A DNA stretch of 64,000 bases, taken from positions 320,001 through 384,000 of the forward strand of contig CAVSBQ010000002.1 of assembly GCA_963726265.1 (NCBI GenBank), written 5' to 3'. A model generated the notes under the pieces. It was not told where the DNA came from, did no database searches, and saw only the letters and a program-made list of their open reading frames with translations. Shown piece after piece: positions 29,125 through 38,497 of the stretch (positions are counted from its first letter, which is position 1; each line of letters starts with the position of its first letter). The position numbers were made by a program, and so were the translations under genes. Origin of the DNA: Candidatus Aenigmatarchaeota archaeon (GTDB taxonomy: Archaea; Aenigmatarchaeota; Aenigmatarchaeia; QMZP01; QMZT01).

Positions 29125-29823
29125 ATGATTATGCAAAGAAACGACGGAAGAAAAGTGGACGAGATGAGGCCGGTGAAGATGAAGGTCGGCGTGCTCAAGC
29201 ACGCGGACGGCTCTGCGCTGGTCAGCATAGGCAAGACAGTCGCGCTCGCGGCGGCATACGGCCCGCGCGAGCTGAACCCGCGCCACATGCAGGAATCCGA
29301 TAGGGCGATACTGCAGTGCAATTACACCATGGCACCATTCTCGACGAAAGAACGCGTCCGACCCGGGCCGTCGAGAAGGAGCACCGAAATCTCGAAAGTC
29401 ACGAGGGAAGCGTTGGAGCCCGCGCTGTTCCTGAAGGACTTCCCGAGGACAACGATAGACGTATACATCGTTATCCTGCAGGCCAATGCAGGCACGAGAA
29501 CCGCGGGCATAAACGCCGCGAGCCTCGCTTTGGCGGATGCGGGCATACAAATGCGCGACCTAGTGACTTCGATAGCGGCAGGGAAGATAGAAGGGCATTA
29601 CGTCCTCGACCTGAACGGGGAAGAGGAAGAGCTGACTGACTGCGACCTGCCCATCGCTTATCTCCCGCGCGAGAAGAAATTCACCCTGATACAGATGGAC
29701 GGCCACATTTCCAAGGAGGACATGAAGAACGTGATAAAGATGGCCGTGAAGGGATGCGAAACGCTTTACGAACATCAACGAAAAGCGTTGCTTGAAAAAT
29801 GGTCAAAGGAGGGATTAGAATGA
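29125..29823 (+). CDS. rrp41: exosome core subunit Rrp41
   Basis: RNDGR, ADGSA, YGPRE, MAPFS..ER.RPGPSRRSTE, AGTR. Confidence 0.95.
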   Translation: MIMQRNDGRKVDEMRPVKMKVGVLKHADGSALVSIGKTVALAAAYGPRELNPRHMQESDRAILQCNYTMAPFSTKERVRPGPSRRSTEISKVTREALEPALFLKDFPRTTIDVYIVILQANAGTRTAGINAASLALADAGIQMRDLVTSIAAGKIEGHYVLDLNGEEEELTDCDLPIAYLPREKKFTLIQMDGHISKEDMKNVIKMAVKGCETLYEHQRKALLEKWSKEGLE

Positions 29824-30596
29824 GCTTCCAGTCAAAATACATAATCAGCCACGTCTTGAAGGGCATGCGGCTGGACGGCAGAAAACTGCACGATTACAGG
29901 AAGATTGAGATAGAAATAAACCCCATCGAGCAGGCCGAGGGCTCCGCCCGCGTCAAGATCGGCGACACTGAAGTCATCGCGGGAGTGAAGCTCAATGCCG
30001 GCGAGCCTTTCCCCGACACGCCCAACGAAGGCGTGCTGATGGTGAACGCGGAATTCTCGCCCGTCGCGTCGCCGGAATTCGAGCTGGGCCCGCCGAGGGA
30101 GAGCGCCATCGAACTGGCAAGGATTGTCGACCGAGGCATACGAGAATCGAAATGCATAGACGTCGAGAAGCTGTGCATAAAGGAGGGCGAAAAGGTCTGG
30201 ATGGTCATGGTAGACATCCAGCCGCTCAGCCACGACGGGAACCTCATAGACGCGGCAGGCATAGCTGCGATTGCAGCCCTCATGGCTGCCAGGATGCCCA
30301 AGTTCGAGGAGGACAAGGTCGTCTACGAAAAGACGGACGAACCTGTCCCGCTCAGGGACACGCCCGTCCCGGTGACCTGCGTCGTCTTCAACAACAAGCT
30401 AATCCTTGACCCCGGGCTCGACGAAGAAGAAGCCGCCGAAGGCAGGATAACCGTGACGACGACTTCGCAGGGCAACATCTGCGCGATACAGAAGGGAAGC
30501 GTAGGCCTGGTATCGCTTGAGATGCTAGAGGAGGCCGCGGAACTTTCGATTCACAAGGGCAAGGAGATACGCGAGCTCATCAAGAAAAGCTTATAA
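29820..30596 (+). CDS. rrp42: exosome core subunit Rrp42
   Basis: RLDGR, AEGSA, PFPDTP, FELGPP, ELARIVDRGIRES, DGN. Confidence 0.95.
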   Translation: MSFQSKYIISHVLKGMRLDGRKLHDYRKIEIEINPIEQAEGSARVKIGDTEVIAGVKLNAGEPFPDTPNEGVLMVNAEFSPVASPEFELGPPRESAIELARIVDRGIRESKCIDVEKLCIKEGEKVWMVMVDIQPLSHDGNLIDAAGIAAIAALMAARMPKFEEDKVVYEKTDEPVPLRDTPVPVTCVVFNNKLILDPGLDEEEAAEGRITVTTTSQGNICAIQKGSVGLVSLEMLEEAAELSIHKGKEIRELIKKSL

Positions 30597-30659
30597 ACAT
30601 AAGAACAGAAAGAATCAAAATCAGCTTTGGACAGCGCGACGCTGCAAGCGAGTGATGAT

Positions 30660-30878
30660 ATGGGAAGGACTAAAAAAGTCGGCTCGAGCGGAAGGTTCGG
30701 AGTAAGATACGGCAAGGGCATAAAGGACAGGCTGATTAAAATCGAGAGAGTGCAGAAGAAGAAGCAGACCTGCCCGCGCTGCCTGAAACCGGGGATGAAA
30801 AGGTTATCGCCCGGCATATGGTTCTGCAAGAGATGCGGCCTGAAGTTCGCCGGTCGTGCCTACGAGCCTGGAGTGTAA
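30660..30878 (+). CDS. rpl37ae: 50S ribosomal protein eL43 (L37ae)
   Basis: RTKKVGSSGRFGVRYG, CPRC...GIWFCKRC, GRAY. Confidence 0.95.
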   Translation: MGRTKKVGSSGRFGVRYGKGIKDRLIKIERVQKKKQTCPRCLKPGMKRLSPGIWFCKRCGLKFAGRAYEPGV

Positions 30879-30917
30879 GCGTCAGGCTGATTCGGATTAC
30901 ATAACGAGGTTGGTCAC

Positions 30918-31079
30918 ATGGTTGACAAAGTCAAGGATTACGGCTACAAGTGCCTCAACTGCGGCAAGCCGGTGGAAATCGACCTGCAGAAGGCGAAGAA
31001 GATAATATGCCCCTACTGCGGCTACAGGATACTCGAGAAGAAGAGGCCTTCTGTCGCGAAAAAGGTCATGGCAAGGTGA
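30918..31079 (+). CDS. rpoP: DNA-directed RNA polymerase subunit P (Rpo12)
   Basis: Manual translation (53 aa, not in ORF track): YKCLNCGK...[16 protein letters not shown]; canonical position after rpl37ae. Confidence 0.92.
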   Translation: MVDKVKDYGYKCLNCGKPVEIDLQKAKKIICPYCGYRILEKKRPSVAKKVMAR

Positions 31080-31432
31080 TGGGGATGGAAAAGGAAGAAT
31101 CAGGGCAGCTTCTCGGCCAGGCGCAGCTTTACAGCCAGCAGATGCAGAACATCGTCACGCAGAAGACCGCGCTGGCCATCGAGCTCAGCGAGATAAAGAG
31201 GGCGCTCGACGAGATGAAGAAGACGAAGGAGAAAAGCGTCTTCAGGCTCTCCGGCACGATACTGATAAAGACCGACACCGCAGACGTGAAAAAGGACCTG
31301 GAAGAGAAGGAGAACATGATCAGCCTGCGCGCCAAGACGCTGGAGAAGCAGGAGGCGCGCGTGAAGGAAAGGCTTGAAGAGCTGAGGACCAGGCTCATAA
31401 AAGTGCCGAAGGCGAAGGCTTCTGAAGAGTGA
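31079..31432 (+). CDS. pfdB: prefoldin beta subunit
   Basis: Coiled coil - VFRLSGTILIK hairpin - coiled coil; superoperon context. Confidence 0.88.
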   Translation: MGMEKEESGQLLGQAQLYSQQMQNIVTQKTALAIELSEIKRALDEMKKTKEKSVFRLSGTILIKTDTADVKKDLEEKENMISLRAKTLEKQEARVKERLEELRTRLIKVPKAKASEE

Positions 31433-31445
31433 GACGGTGCGAATC

Positions 31446-31694
31446 ATGGGCAAGATAGACAGGGCCATCGAATTGCTGGAAGAGATAATCAAGGACCGCG
31501 GCGTCCCGAGGAACATCAAGGCCACCATAGAGGATTCGATAAAGGAGATAAGGGTGGAGCAGGAAAGCGACGGCGTCAAAATCTCGACCGTGATAAGCAT
31601 GCTTGACGACGCGTCGAATGACCCGAACATCTCGCTCTACGCGAGGACGAAGATATGGGACGTGGTCTCGAAGCTCGAGGAACTGAGCAAATAA
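31446..31694 (+). CDS. UPF0147 family protein
   Basis: D.GVPRNIK, LDDASNDPNI...RTKIW.VVS.LE. Confidence 0.88.
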   Translation: MGKIDRAIELLEEIIKDRGVPRNIKATIEDSIKEIRVEQESDGVKISTVISMLDDASNDPNISLYARTKIWDVVSKLEELSK

Positions 31695-31805
31695 AATCGG
31701 AAATGTTCTAGCAAATTAGCTCCAATTAGTAAAGTTTATAATCCAGAGTAGAAAACGCAAATGATGATCACGGAGATCTGGAGCTTATATTTAAGGAATA
31801 CGCCT

Positions 31806-32543
31806 TTATTCTTCCAATACGACCCGAGAGGCAGCATAAGCATTATCATCATTTGGTCCCCAATTTCCTGTTACACAGGCGCGCGCCATGTCGAGATTAC
31901 GCCATCCGAAATTGCCGCGAATTATGTTAATAAATTCACGAGGATTATCAGGTAAATATATGTATGATGTATCAGGCCAGAGTCGGTTTCTTGCCCGTTT
32001 CATGCCATATATGGTATCGATAAATCTGTTAAATACCCTGTGCATGTTTGTCGGATTATTGCCGATTAAGGGCAACGCCATTTCCCAGGTATCCTTAGCC
32101 TTCATTATTCTTTTTTCATCAAAAATAAAACTAGCTTTATCATCCGTTTCTGGATTTTGCATCAGTAAACCATCGAAGTATGCAAGCCCTGATTTCTTTT
32201 CGATTCTCTTCCCATGGACATAATCGAGAATTGTGGACGTTCTTTCATAAGGGCTCGTCACCATGTCCTCCTCAAGATCTGGATTTGTTCGTTGCATTAT
32301 CCAGTCCATCTGATGCCACTCACCCGACGTGATAATCCTCTGCTTGGGGTTCATCGCTTTTGCCAAGTCTATATGCTTTTGCAGGCTTTTTTCTGGCATC
32401 TTGTCAACGCACAAATAGCGCGGAGACTTGCGATAGCCGCGGGGAGTCCAGACATCAATCGGATCCTTAAAATAAACGAATTTCTGATCTCCAAGAGCAA
32501 CAACTTCATTCTTCTCTAAACATTCAGCAGAGATAATAACCAC
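31806..32543 (-). CDS. hypothetical protein, AT-rich insert
   Basis: 245-codon ORF with GTG start, lower GC than flanks, no recognisable motif. Confidence 0.55.
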   Translation of the reverse strand: MVIISAECLEKNEVVALGDQKFVYFKDPIDVWTPRGYRKSPRYLCVDKMPEKSLQKHIDLAKAMNPKQRIITSGEWHQMDWIMQRTNPDLEEDMVTSPYERTSTILDYVHGKRIEKKSGLAYFDGLLMQNPETDDKASFIFDEKRIMKAKDTWEMALPLIGNNPTNMHRVFNRFIDTIYGMKRARNRLWPDTSYIYLPDNPREFINIIRGNFGWRNLDMARACVTGNWGPNDDNAYAASRVVLEE

Positions 32544-32750
32544 CGGTTAATAATTAATCTATGCATATTTAAGCTTGCTAAGCGGTAAGCGGACAGAGGA
32601 TATTCCTACCATCGCACTTCGCACGTTTTCCGAATACAATTGATTTTCTGCCGACTCAAAATCCCGCTTACGCCGAATAAACTTTTTAAGTCTTATTGTC
32701 CATTATATTTTAGCGACTGCTAAATGCTTTTAATCGCGGGAGGGGTTGAT

Positions 32751-33101
32751 ATGGTGCTGGACAGACTCAGAAAGACAATAGTCAGGGACATGCAGAACGA
32801 CGACGTGCCCAAAGAGGAATTCGTCGAGGTCGGGGTTTCCGAGTCGAGGGTACCCGGCAGGATTGGGATATCGATAGAGAAGCTTGACGATTTCGCCGAC
32901 ACGGACAGGGTCCTGAAAGCGGTGAGAGAGGGTTCGCTGGTTTTCCTGAAGATAAAGGCGCTGAAGGAAAAGGATCTGGGCGAGCTGAAGAGGGCGGTCG
33001 AAAAACTGAAGAAGACGGTTCTGGCGCAGAACGGCGAGATAATCGGCGTCGAGCAGGACTGGCTGATCCTCGCGCCCGAGCACGCAAGGGTCCTGAAGTA
33101 A
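32751..33101 (+). CDS. sepF: cell division protein SepF (archaeal type)
   Basis: EFVEV N-motif, VREGSLVFLKI, LKRAVEKLKK, NGEIIGV..WLILAP. Confidence 0.8.
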   Translation: MVLDRLRKTIVRDMQNDDVPKEEFVEVGVSESRVPGRIGISIEKLDDFADTDRVLKAVREGSLVFLKIKALKEKDLGELKRAVEKLKKTVLAQNGEIIGVEQDWLILAPEHARVLK

Positions 33102-33157
33102 GGAATTCCCAGTTCCTTTTTGATTTTCTATAATATTTTTAGCGTGAGTGTTAGAGT

Positions 33158-34090
33158 ATGTACGACATCGTGATAATAGGCGGCGGCCCGGCCGGCCTCA
33201 CGGCCGCGACGAACACTGCCAACCGCGGCCTGAAGACCCTCCTGATCGAGCAGTACGAAAAACCGGGGGGACAGCCGCTGATTTTCTACCCGGACAAGAT
33301 CATCAAAGACCATCCCGGCTTTCCTGTCGGTGTTCTGGGCAGGGAGTTCGCGCGCCTTCTGGAAATGCAGGCGATCAATGCAGGCGCCGAAATCCACTGC
33401 AACGAGGAAGCGCTTAAAATCAAGAGGAAGGAAGGCCGCCTTGAGCTCAGGACAAACAACGCGGTTTACCAGACTAAGCGCATCATCATATGCACCGGCC
33501 TCCTCAATGTCCCCAACAGGCTGTCCATCCTCTCCACCTACAAGGGCGAGGGGGTTTTCTACAAGATCGGCAGGCTGGAGCAGTTCAGGGGAAAAAAGGT
33601 CATTGTCGTGGGCGGAGGGGACAGCGCGTTCGACATTGCGCTGCAGCTGAAGGAGGTCGCAGGCAACGTCAGTATCATTGTCAAGCACGAATATGCGAGA
33701 GCGAAGGACAAATCGGTAAACGAGGCGGCAGAGAAGGGCATAACCATACACTACAATTCCGAACTGACAGGCATCGCCGGCCCGCAGAAAGTCAGCAAGG
33801 CCAATATCATGAACACAAAGTCGAAAAAAATCGCTGAAGTCGAAGCTGACGCCATCTTTTCCGCGATAGGCTTCTCCACGGTCAACAAGTTCCTGCAGGA
33901 CAACGGCATCGCCCAGCATGAGAATGGAAGCATAAAAACCTCGCACAATTACGAAACTTCCATACCAGGAGTATTCGCGGCGGGTGACGTGAACGGCGAA
34001 GTCAAGGTGATAGCCGTCGCATGCGCGAGAGGCATAGAAGCGGCGGTCCACACTTTCTCGTCAATCAAGAAACCCTACTGGCTCAAATAA
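33158..34090 (+). CDS. TrxR-like ferredoxin--NADP+ reductase (YumC type)
   Basis: GGGPAG, GGQ...YPDK.I.D.PGFP, GGGDSA, GVFAAGD; no CxxC redox motif. Confidence 0.8.
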   Translation: MYDIVIIGGGPAGLTAATNTANRGLKTLLIEQYEKPGGQPLIFYPDKIIKDHPGFPVGVLGREFARLLEMQAINAGAEIHCNEEALKIKRKEGRLELRTNNAVYQTKRIIICTGLLNVPNRLSILSTYKGEGVFYKIGRLEQFRGKKVIVVGGGDSAFDIALQLKEVAGNVSIIVKHEYARAKDKSVNEAAEKGITIHYNSELTGIAGPQKVSKANIMNTKSKKIAEVEADAIFSAIGFSTVNKFLQDNGIAQHENGSIKTSHNYETSIPGVFAAGDVNGEVKVIAVACARGIEAAVHTFSSIKKPYWLK

Positions 34091-34136
34091 TCAAATTGGT
34101 TGATGACACCGAACACAAAGGGCCACGAAATAAGTT

Positions 34137-36011
34137 TTACTTCAGCCTGATTACTTCCAGGTCCTTGGGAGCGAGCGTTTCGACCTTGTTGAACTTGTGC
34201 AGGTCGCGCGCCAGCTCCATGGTCGAGTAGCCGTCGCCGTGGTTGCAGATTATCCTGTCCGGCCTGCTCGAAAGGCGGTGGACGAAGCTCGTGAGCTGCT
34301 TCCTGTCCGAGTGGCCTGACAGCCCTTCGATGGTGTCGACGTTCATCTCCATGGTTATGGTCCTCGTCTTACCGCCCTCGGTCGCGATGGGAACTTCCCT
34401 CCAGCCCTTCTGTATCCTGCGGCCAGGCGAGCCCTCGGCCTGGTAGCCGACGAAAAGCAGCGTGTTCTTTTTATCGGCAGCGAAGGCCTTGAGATATTCC
34501 AGCGCCGGCCCGCCGACGAGCATGCCCGACGTCGCGACCACGACCGCGGGCTCGCTGGAGCCGATGACCTCGGCCCTTTCCTTCGCGATATTGACCCTCT
34601 TGAACATGTCCGCGATGAACGGGTTGCTGCCCTGGTGGAAAATCTGGCGCTGAAGATAGCGGGAAAGGTATTCGGGATACGCCGTATGGATTGCCGTCGC
34701 GTCCCACAGCATGCCGTCCATGTAGACGGGATAATTGAAATTGTTCGCGGCCAGGATGCACATTATCTCCTGAGCGCGGCCGACGGCGAACGACGGGATT
34801 AAAACCTTGCCTCCGCGCTCCATCGTCTCCCTTACCACGCGCATGAGCTTGTCTTCCGCATCTTTTCTCGGCGGTTTCAGATCGCTCGCTCCGCCATAAG
34901 TCGACTCGATTATGAGGGTCTCGACCCTTGCGAAGTTGGTGTAGGCCGGCTCGAAAAGCATCGAAGGCCCGAAAAGCAGGTCGCCCGTGTAAAGGATGTT
35001 GTGCAAGCCCTCGCCCACGTGCAGGTGGACCAGCGCAGAACCGAGCAGGTGGCCTGCAGGCTGGAGCGTAAGACGAATATCGGTCGTCATGTCCGAGACC
35101 TCTCCGTATTCAAGTGCGATGGTGTGCTTCACGGCCTTCTCGACCGATTTCTTGGTGTAGGGAACCTGCTTGCCCTCCCTGTGGGCTATGTCCACGTAAT
35201 CGAGGCACAGCAGGACCATCAAATCCCTGGTGGGCGCGGTGCAATATAATGGTCCGGTATAGCCGTTCTCGTAAAGCCAGGGCGCGTAGCCGCAGTGGTC
35301 CAGATGCGGATGCGAAATCACGACCGCGTCGAGCTTCTCTATGTTGAATTCCGGGACGCCGAAATACGGGAAGTTGTCTGAAGCCACATTGACTCCGCAG
35401 TCCAGCAGGACGTTCGACTCCGGGGTTTCGACAAGCATCGACGATCTTCCGACCTCGCGGAAGCCGCCCAGGCAGGCCAGCCTGACCCATCTGTCTGATA
35501 TCTCCTTCTTAGGCGCGTTTATCTTCTGGCCTATCGAGTTGAGGAACTTCTTGCGGTAGTCGATTTCAGTGTGAAGCAGATTGCGCACGGCGCGCACGAT
35601 AGCGCTTTCTATCGCCGGCGCTCTTTCGATTTTCGGAAGCCACAGCGTCTCGCTCTTTATCTTCCTGTAGGTCTCGCCGCCCTTGCCTATGACCATCCCC
35701 GGTTTCTGCGACTCAATCACGACCTTGCCCAGCTCGGGCTCGAAGTATATTTCGCGTATTCCGGCCTCCTCGGGCACGAGCTCCCTTATCTTCTTCTTGG
35801 TCTTCTCCATATCCATCGTTATCGAAAGATCCGGCCTCACCTCTATCCTTTTCTTGAGGTTCGAGACCATCTCCCTGACGACGCGGTCATGGTCGCGGAA
35901 GAATTCGGGGTTCTTGGTGTACAGCACAATTTCCGGCCCCTCGAACTTCACTTCCGTTATCTGCGCGTCCCTGGGCAGCGTCTTCTGCAGTTCCTTCAGA
36001 ATGTCGCTCAT
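34137..36011 (-). CDS. beta-CASP ribonuclease aCPSF1 / transcription termination factor FttA
   Basis: KH domains (FEGPEIV, VIGKGG), SHPHLDH, GHLLGS, ESTYGG, SGHSD, NHG. Confidence 0.95.
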   Translation of the reverse strand: MSDILKELQKTLPRDAQITEVKFEGPEIVLYTKNPEFFRDHDRVVREMVSNLKKRIEVRPDLSITMDMEKTKKKIRELVPEEAGIREIYFEPELGKVVIESQKPGMVIGKGGETYRKIKSETLWLPKIERAPAIESAIVRAVRNLLHTEIDYRKKFLNSIGQKINAPKKEISDRWVRLACLGGFREVGRSSMLVETPESNVLLDCGVNVASDNFPYFGVPEFNIEKLDAVVISHPHLDHCGYAPWLYENGYTGPLYCTAPTRDLMVLLCLDYVDIAHREGKQVPYTKKSVEKAVKHTIALEYGEVSDMTTDIRLTLQPAGHLLGSALVHLHVGEGLHNILYTGDLLFGPSMLFEPAYTNFARVETLIIESTYGGASDLKPPRKDAEDKLMRVVRETMERGGKVLIPSFAVGRAQEIMCILAANNFNYPVYMDGMLWDATAIHTAYPEYLSRYLQRQIFHQGSNPFIADMFKRVNIAKERAEVIGSSEPAVVVATSGMLVGGPALEYLKAFAADKKNTLLFVGYQAEGSPGRRIQKGWREVPIATEGGKTRTITMEMNVDTIEGLSGHSDRKQLTSFVHRLSSRPDRIICNHGDGYSTMELARDLHKFNKVETLAPKDLEVIRLK

Positions 36012-36085
36012 AAAACTCACGATTCAAAATTTGAATTGGCATTCAGCCATCAAAATAATCTGATATCACTTGTTTTGGTCCGGGC

Positions 36086-36718
36086 TTATTTCGCAAGGTT
36101 CTTTACCTCGTCATCCGATATTTCCGTCATGCCTCTGGATGAAATGACGAACATGTCTATGCCCGAGCCGCCGGATGCTATGTCCCTCTCTATCGCGGCC
36201 TTTATCGCGCGGGCGGCAAGCCTTTTCACGCTCTCGAGGTCCATGCCATCCTTGAACTTGTCCTCGAGAACGCCGAGCGCCATGACCGAACCGGAACCGG
36301 TAGAGAAATACTCTTTCTCCTCGATTACCGAGCCGGAAGGGTCGAACGAATACAGGCGCGGCTTCCCGTCGTAGCCGCCTATCAGCAGCTGGACATAATA
36401 AGGGTAATAGCTCCTAGCGTAAAGGATGTTCGCTACAAGCGTGGCCATCGCCTTTATCGACATGCGCTTCGACTCCTCGAGCTGGTAGAGCTGTATCTCC
36501 GCCTTTACGTATCTCTCGAGCGCCTGCGCGTCGCCGACGCTGCCCGCGATCGTCATCGCGGCATGCTCCTCGAGCTTCATTATCTTCTTCGTGTGCTTGC
36601 TGGCGACAAGGTAGCCCATCGTGGCTTTCCTCTCGGCTGCCAGCACGACGAAGTCCTTGCCCAAAATGCCGAGCGTCGTCGTCCCCGTTTTCAGATTCTC
36701 AAGCTTTCTTTCTGTCAT
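36086..36718 (-). CDS. psmB: proteasome subunit beta
   Basis: Short propeptide, KTG/TTT cleavage site, AGSVGDAQ, TGSGS, ERDIASGG. Confidence 0.95.
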   Translation of the reverse strand: MTERKLENLKTGTTTLGILGKDFVVLAAERKATMGYLVASKHTKKIMKLEEHAAMTIAGSVGDAQALERYVKAEIQLYQLEESKRMSIKAMATLVANILYARSYYPYYVQLLIGGYDGKPRLYSFDPSGSVIEEKEYFSTGSGSVMALGVLEDKFKDGMDLESVKRLAARAIKAAIERDIASGGSGIDMFVISSRGMTEISDDEVKNLAK

Positions 36719-36845
36719 TATTATCACACATCACTTATGCGCATTTTGCGCATTCCAATCTTGCATGCATATACGCAACAAAGAAATCCGTGCACCCAGA
36801 ATATTGATATTGTATTGGGACGGGTATTTAAATATATTTATGGAA

Positions 36846-37006
36846 TGCCCCGGCCGGGATGTTCAGACCGAAAGCCTGCATGCGCAGGCAAAACTCATTT
36901 TGAAGTGCTGTCGGTCATTTGAACCCGGGTCATCGGATCGAGAGTCCGATATCCTCACGGCTTCCCGAATCCTGTTCGGGAATTGACCGGTCTAGACTAC
37001 CGGGGC
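36846..37006 (-). tRNA. tRNA-Glu(CTC) with two non-canonical introns (D-loop 28 nt at 36956-36983; T-loop 59/60 58 nt at 36860-36917)
   Basis: Spliced 75-nt cloverleaf GCCCCGG...TCGGA-CTCTCGA-TCCGA...TTCAAAT...CCGGGGCA; both inserts are bounded by bulge-helix-bulge motifs. Confidence 0.92.
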
Positions 37007-37148
37007 AAGGTAATTGTATTATGCCGTGTTTTGGTGTGCTCGGCGTATTTTAACCTTTTAAAGCATTTATATATAAATAGCAGATAGTTCAAATAATTTA
37101 TTGCGCTCATCTCTCATTGTGTCATGCTGTCTGCGCGCGGGTGATTTT

Positions 37149-37952
37149 ATGACCACGATAAAGGTTATCCAGAAGATACCGAAGCTCAGGAATGCCATCA
37201 TGATAGAAGGCCTTCCCGGCGTTGGCAACATAGGACGCGTCGCGGCCGGCTACCTGGCCGAGGAAATGAAGGCGAAGAAGTTCGCGGAGCTCTATTCCGA
37301 ATGGTTCTTCCCTTTCGTCATGCTTCACAAGAAATACAAGATACACCTGCTCAAGAACGAGTTCTTTTATTATAAAGCGAAAGGCAAAGGCCAGAGAGAC
37401 CTGATCATCCTCCTGGGCGACTGTCAGTCGCTATCGCCGCAGGGCCACTACGAGGTCTCGGAGAAGATACTCGACTTCGTCGAAAAGCTCGGCGTGACCG
37501 AGATAATAACCATAGGAGGCCTCGCCACGGGCGAGCTGAACGGCTCGGCAAAGGTCATAGGCGCTGTCACGGACGAGAAGATGATGGAAAAATACAAGAA
37601 ATACGGCATAAACTTCGACGCGGGCGAAAAGGTCGGCTATATCGTGGGAGCGGTAGGCCTGCTGCTCGGCCTCTGGAAGCAGAGGGACAGGGACGGCGTA
37701 TGCCTGCTCGGCCAGACCACAGGCTTCCCGATAGTCACGGACCCGAAGGCGGCGGAAAGCGTTCTCGGCGTCCTTACCAAGATACTCGGCCTGAAGATAG
37801 ACATGAAGAAGCTAGACAAGAAGGTCAAGGAAATGGAAGGCTTCATCAAGAAGGTCGAGACGCTCCAGAAGCGCGCGCTCATGGAAATGTCCAGGGGCAG
37901 CGGCGAGGAAAGGGGGCAGAAAGGAGAGGAAACGACAAGGTATATAGGGTGA
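37149..37952 (+). CDS. PAC2 family proteasome assembly chaperone
   Basis: IEGLPGVGNIG, LLGDCQS, ITIGG, CLLGQT, DPKAA. Confidence 0.9.
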   Translation: MTTIKVIQKIPKLRNAIMIEGLPGVGNIGRVAAGYLAEEMKAKKFAELYSEWFFPFVMLHKKYKIHLLKNEFFYYKAKGKGQRDLIILLGDCQSLSPQGHYEVSEKILDFVEKLGVTEIITIGGLATGELNGSAKVIGAVTDEKMMEKYKKYGINFDAGEKVGYIVGAVGLLLGLWKQRDRDGVCLLGQTTGFPIVTDPKAAESVLGVLTKILGLKIDMKKLDKKVKEMEGFIKKVETLQKRALMEMSRGSGEERGQKGEETTRYIG

Positions 37953-37956
37953 TGAT

Positions 37957-38145
37957 ATGATAGCAGGATTTACGTACACGAGATACGAAAAGGCGAGGAT
38001 AATATCGACCCGCGCGCTCCAGATAGCGCAGGGGGCGCCCATTCTCATGAAGATACCCAAGGGCATGACGGACCCCAAGGAGATCGCGAAAATCGAGTGG
38101 AACGCGGGCGTGATACCCATAGACATAAAGGGCAAGAACGCGTAA
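37957..38145 (+). CDS. rpoK: DNA-directed RNA polymerase subunit K (Rpo6)
   Basis: TRYEKARII..RALQIA.GAP, DP..IA..E. Confidence 0.95.
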   Translation: MIAGFTYTRYEKARIISTRALQIAQGAPILMKIPKGMTDPKEIAKIEWNAGVIPIDIKGKNA

Positions 38146-38185
38146 GCTATTTTTTATAGCACATGCATGTTATGATTGATTGGGT

Positions 38186-38401
38186 TTAGGTCAATTGAGA
38201 AAACGGATCCGTGAGTTGGGTAACCGAGTAATCGAGCACTTTTGCTACATTCTTGGCATCAGCTAATTTTTGAGGAGATCCACTCACATAATAGCAATTA
38301 CTGCATACTTCAATTTCTAATCCTAGATTGCCTAATGCCGACATTAAAAATGGGTCTACTCTATCTCTATATCCGTTTTTTCTATCAATCTTCAACATCA
38401 T
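38186..38401 (-). CDS. small hypothetical protein, AT-rich insert
   Basis: 71-codon ORF filling the gap between rpoK and eno on the opposite strand. Confidence 0.45.
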   Translation of the reverse strand: MMLKIDRKNGYRDRVDPFLMSALGNLGLEIEVCSNCYYVSGSPQKLADAKNVAKVLDYSVTQLTDPFSQLT

Positions 38402-38497
38402 TATTCACGCTTGATAGTAATCATAGAAAGTTTTAAATTGTTGAAATGCTTTCCAGGTTTCAAAATCCTTTTTATTCTGGATGTGAAATTATTGATT

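Noticed and set aside
30950..31078. N-terminal extension of prefoldin beta in the ORF track
   Set aside because: This region is rpoP in another frame
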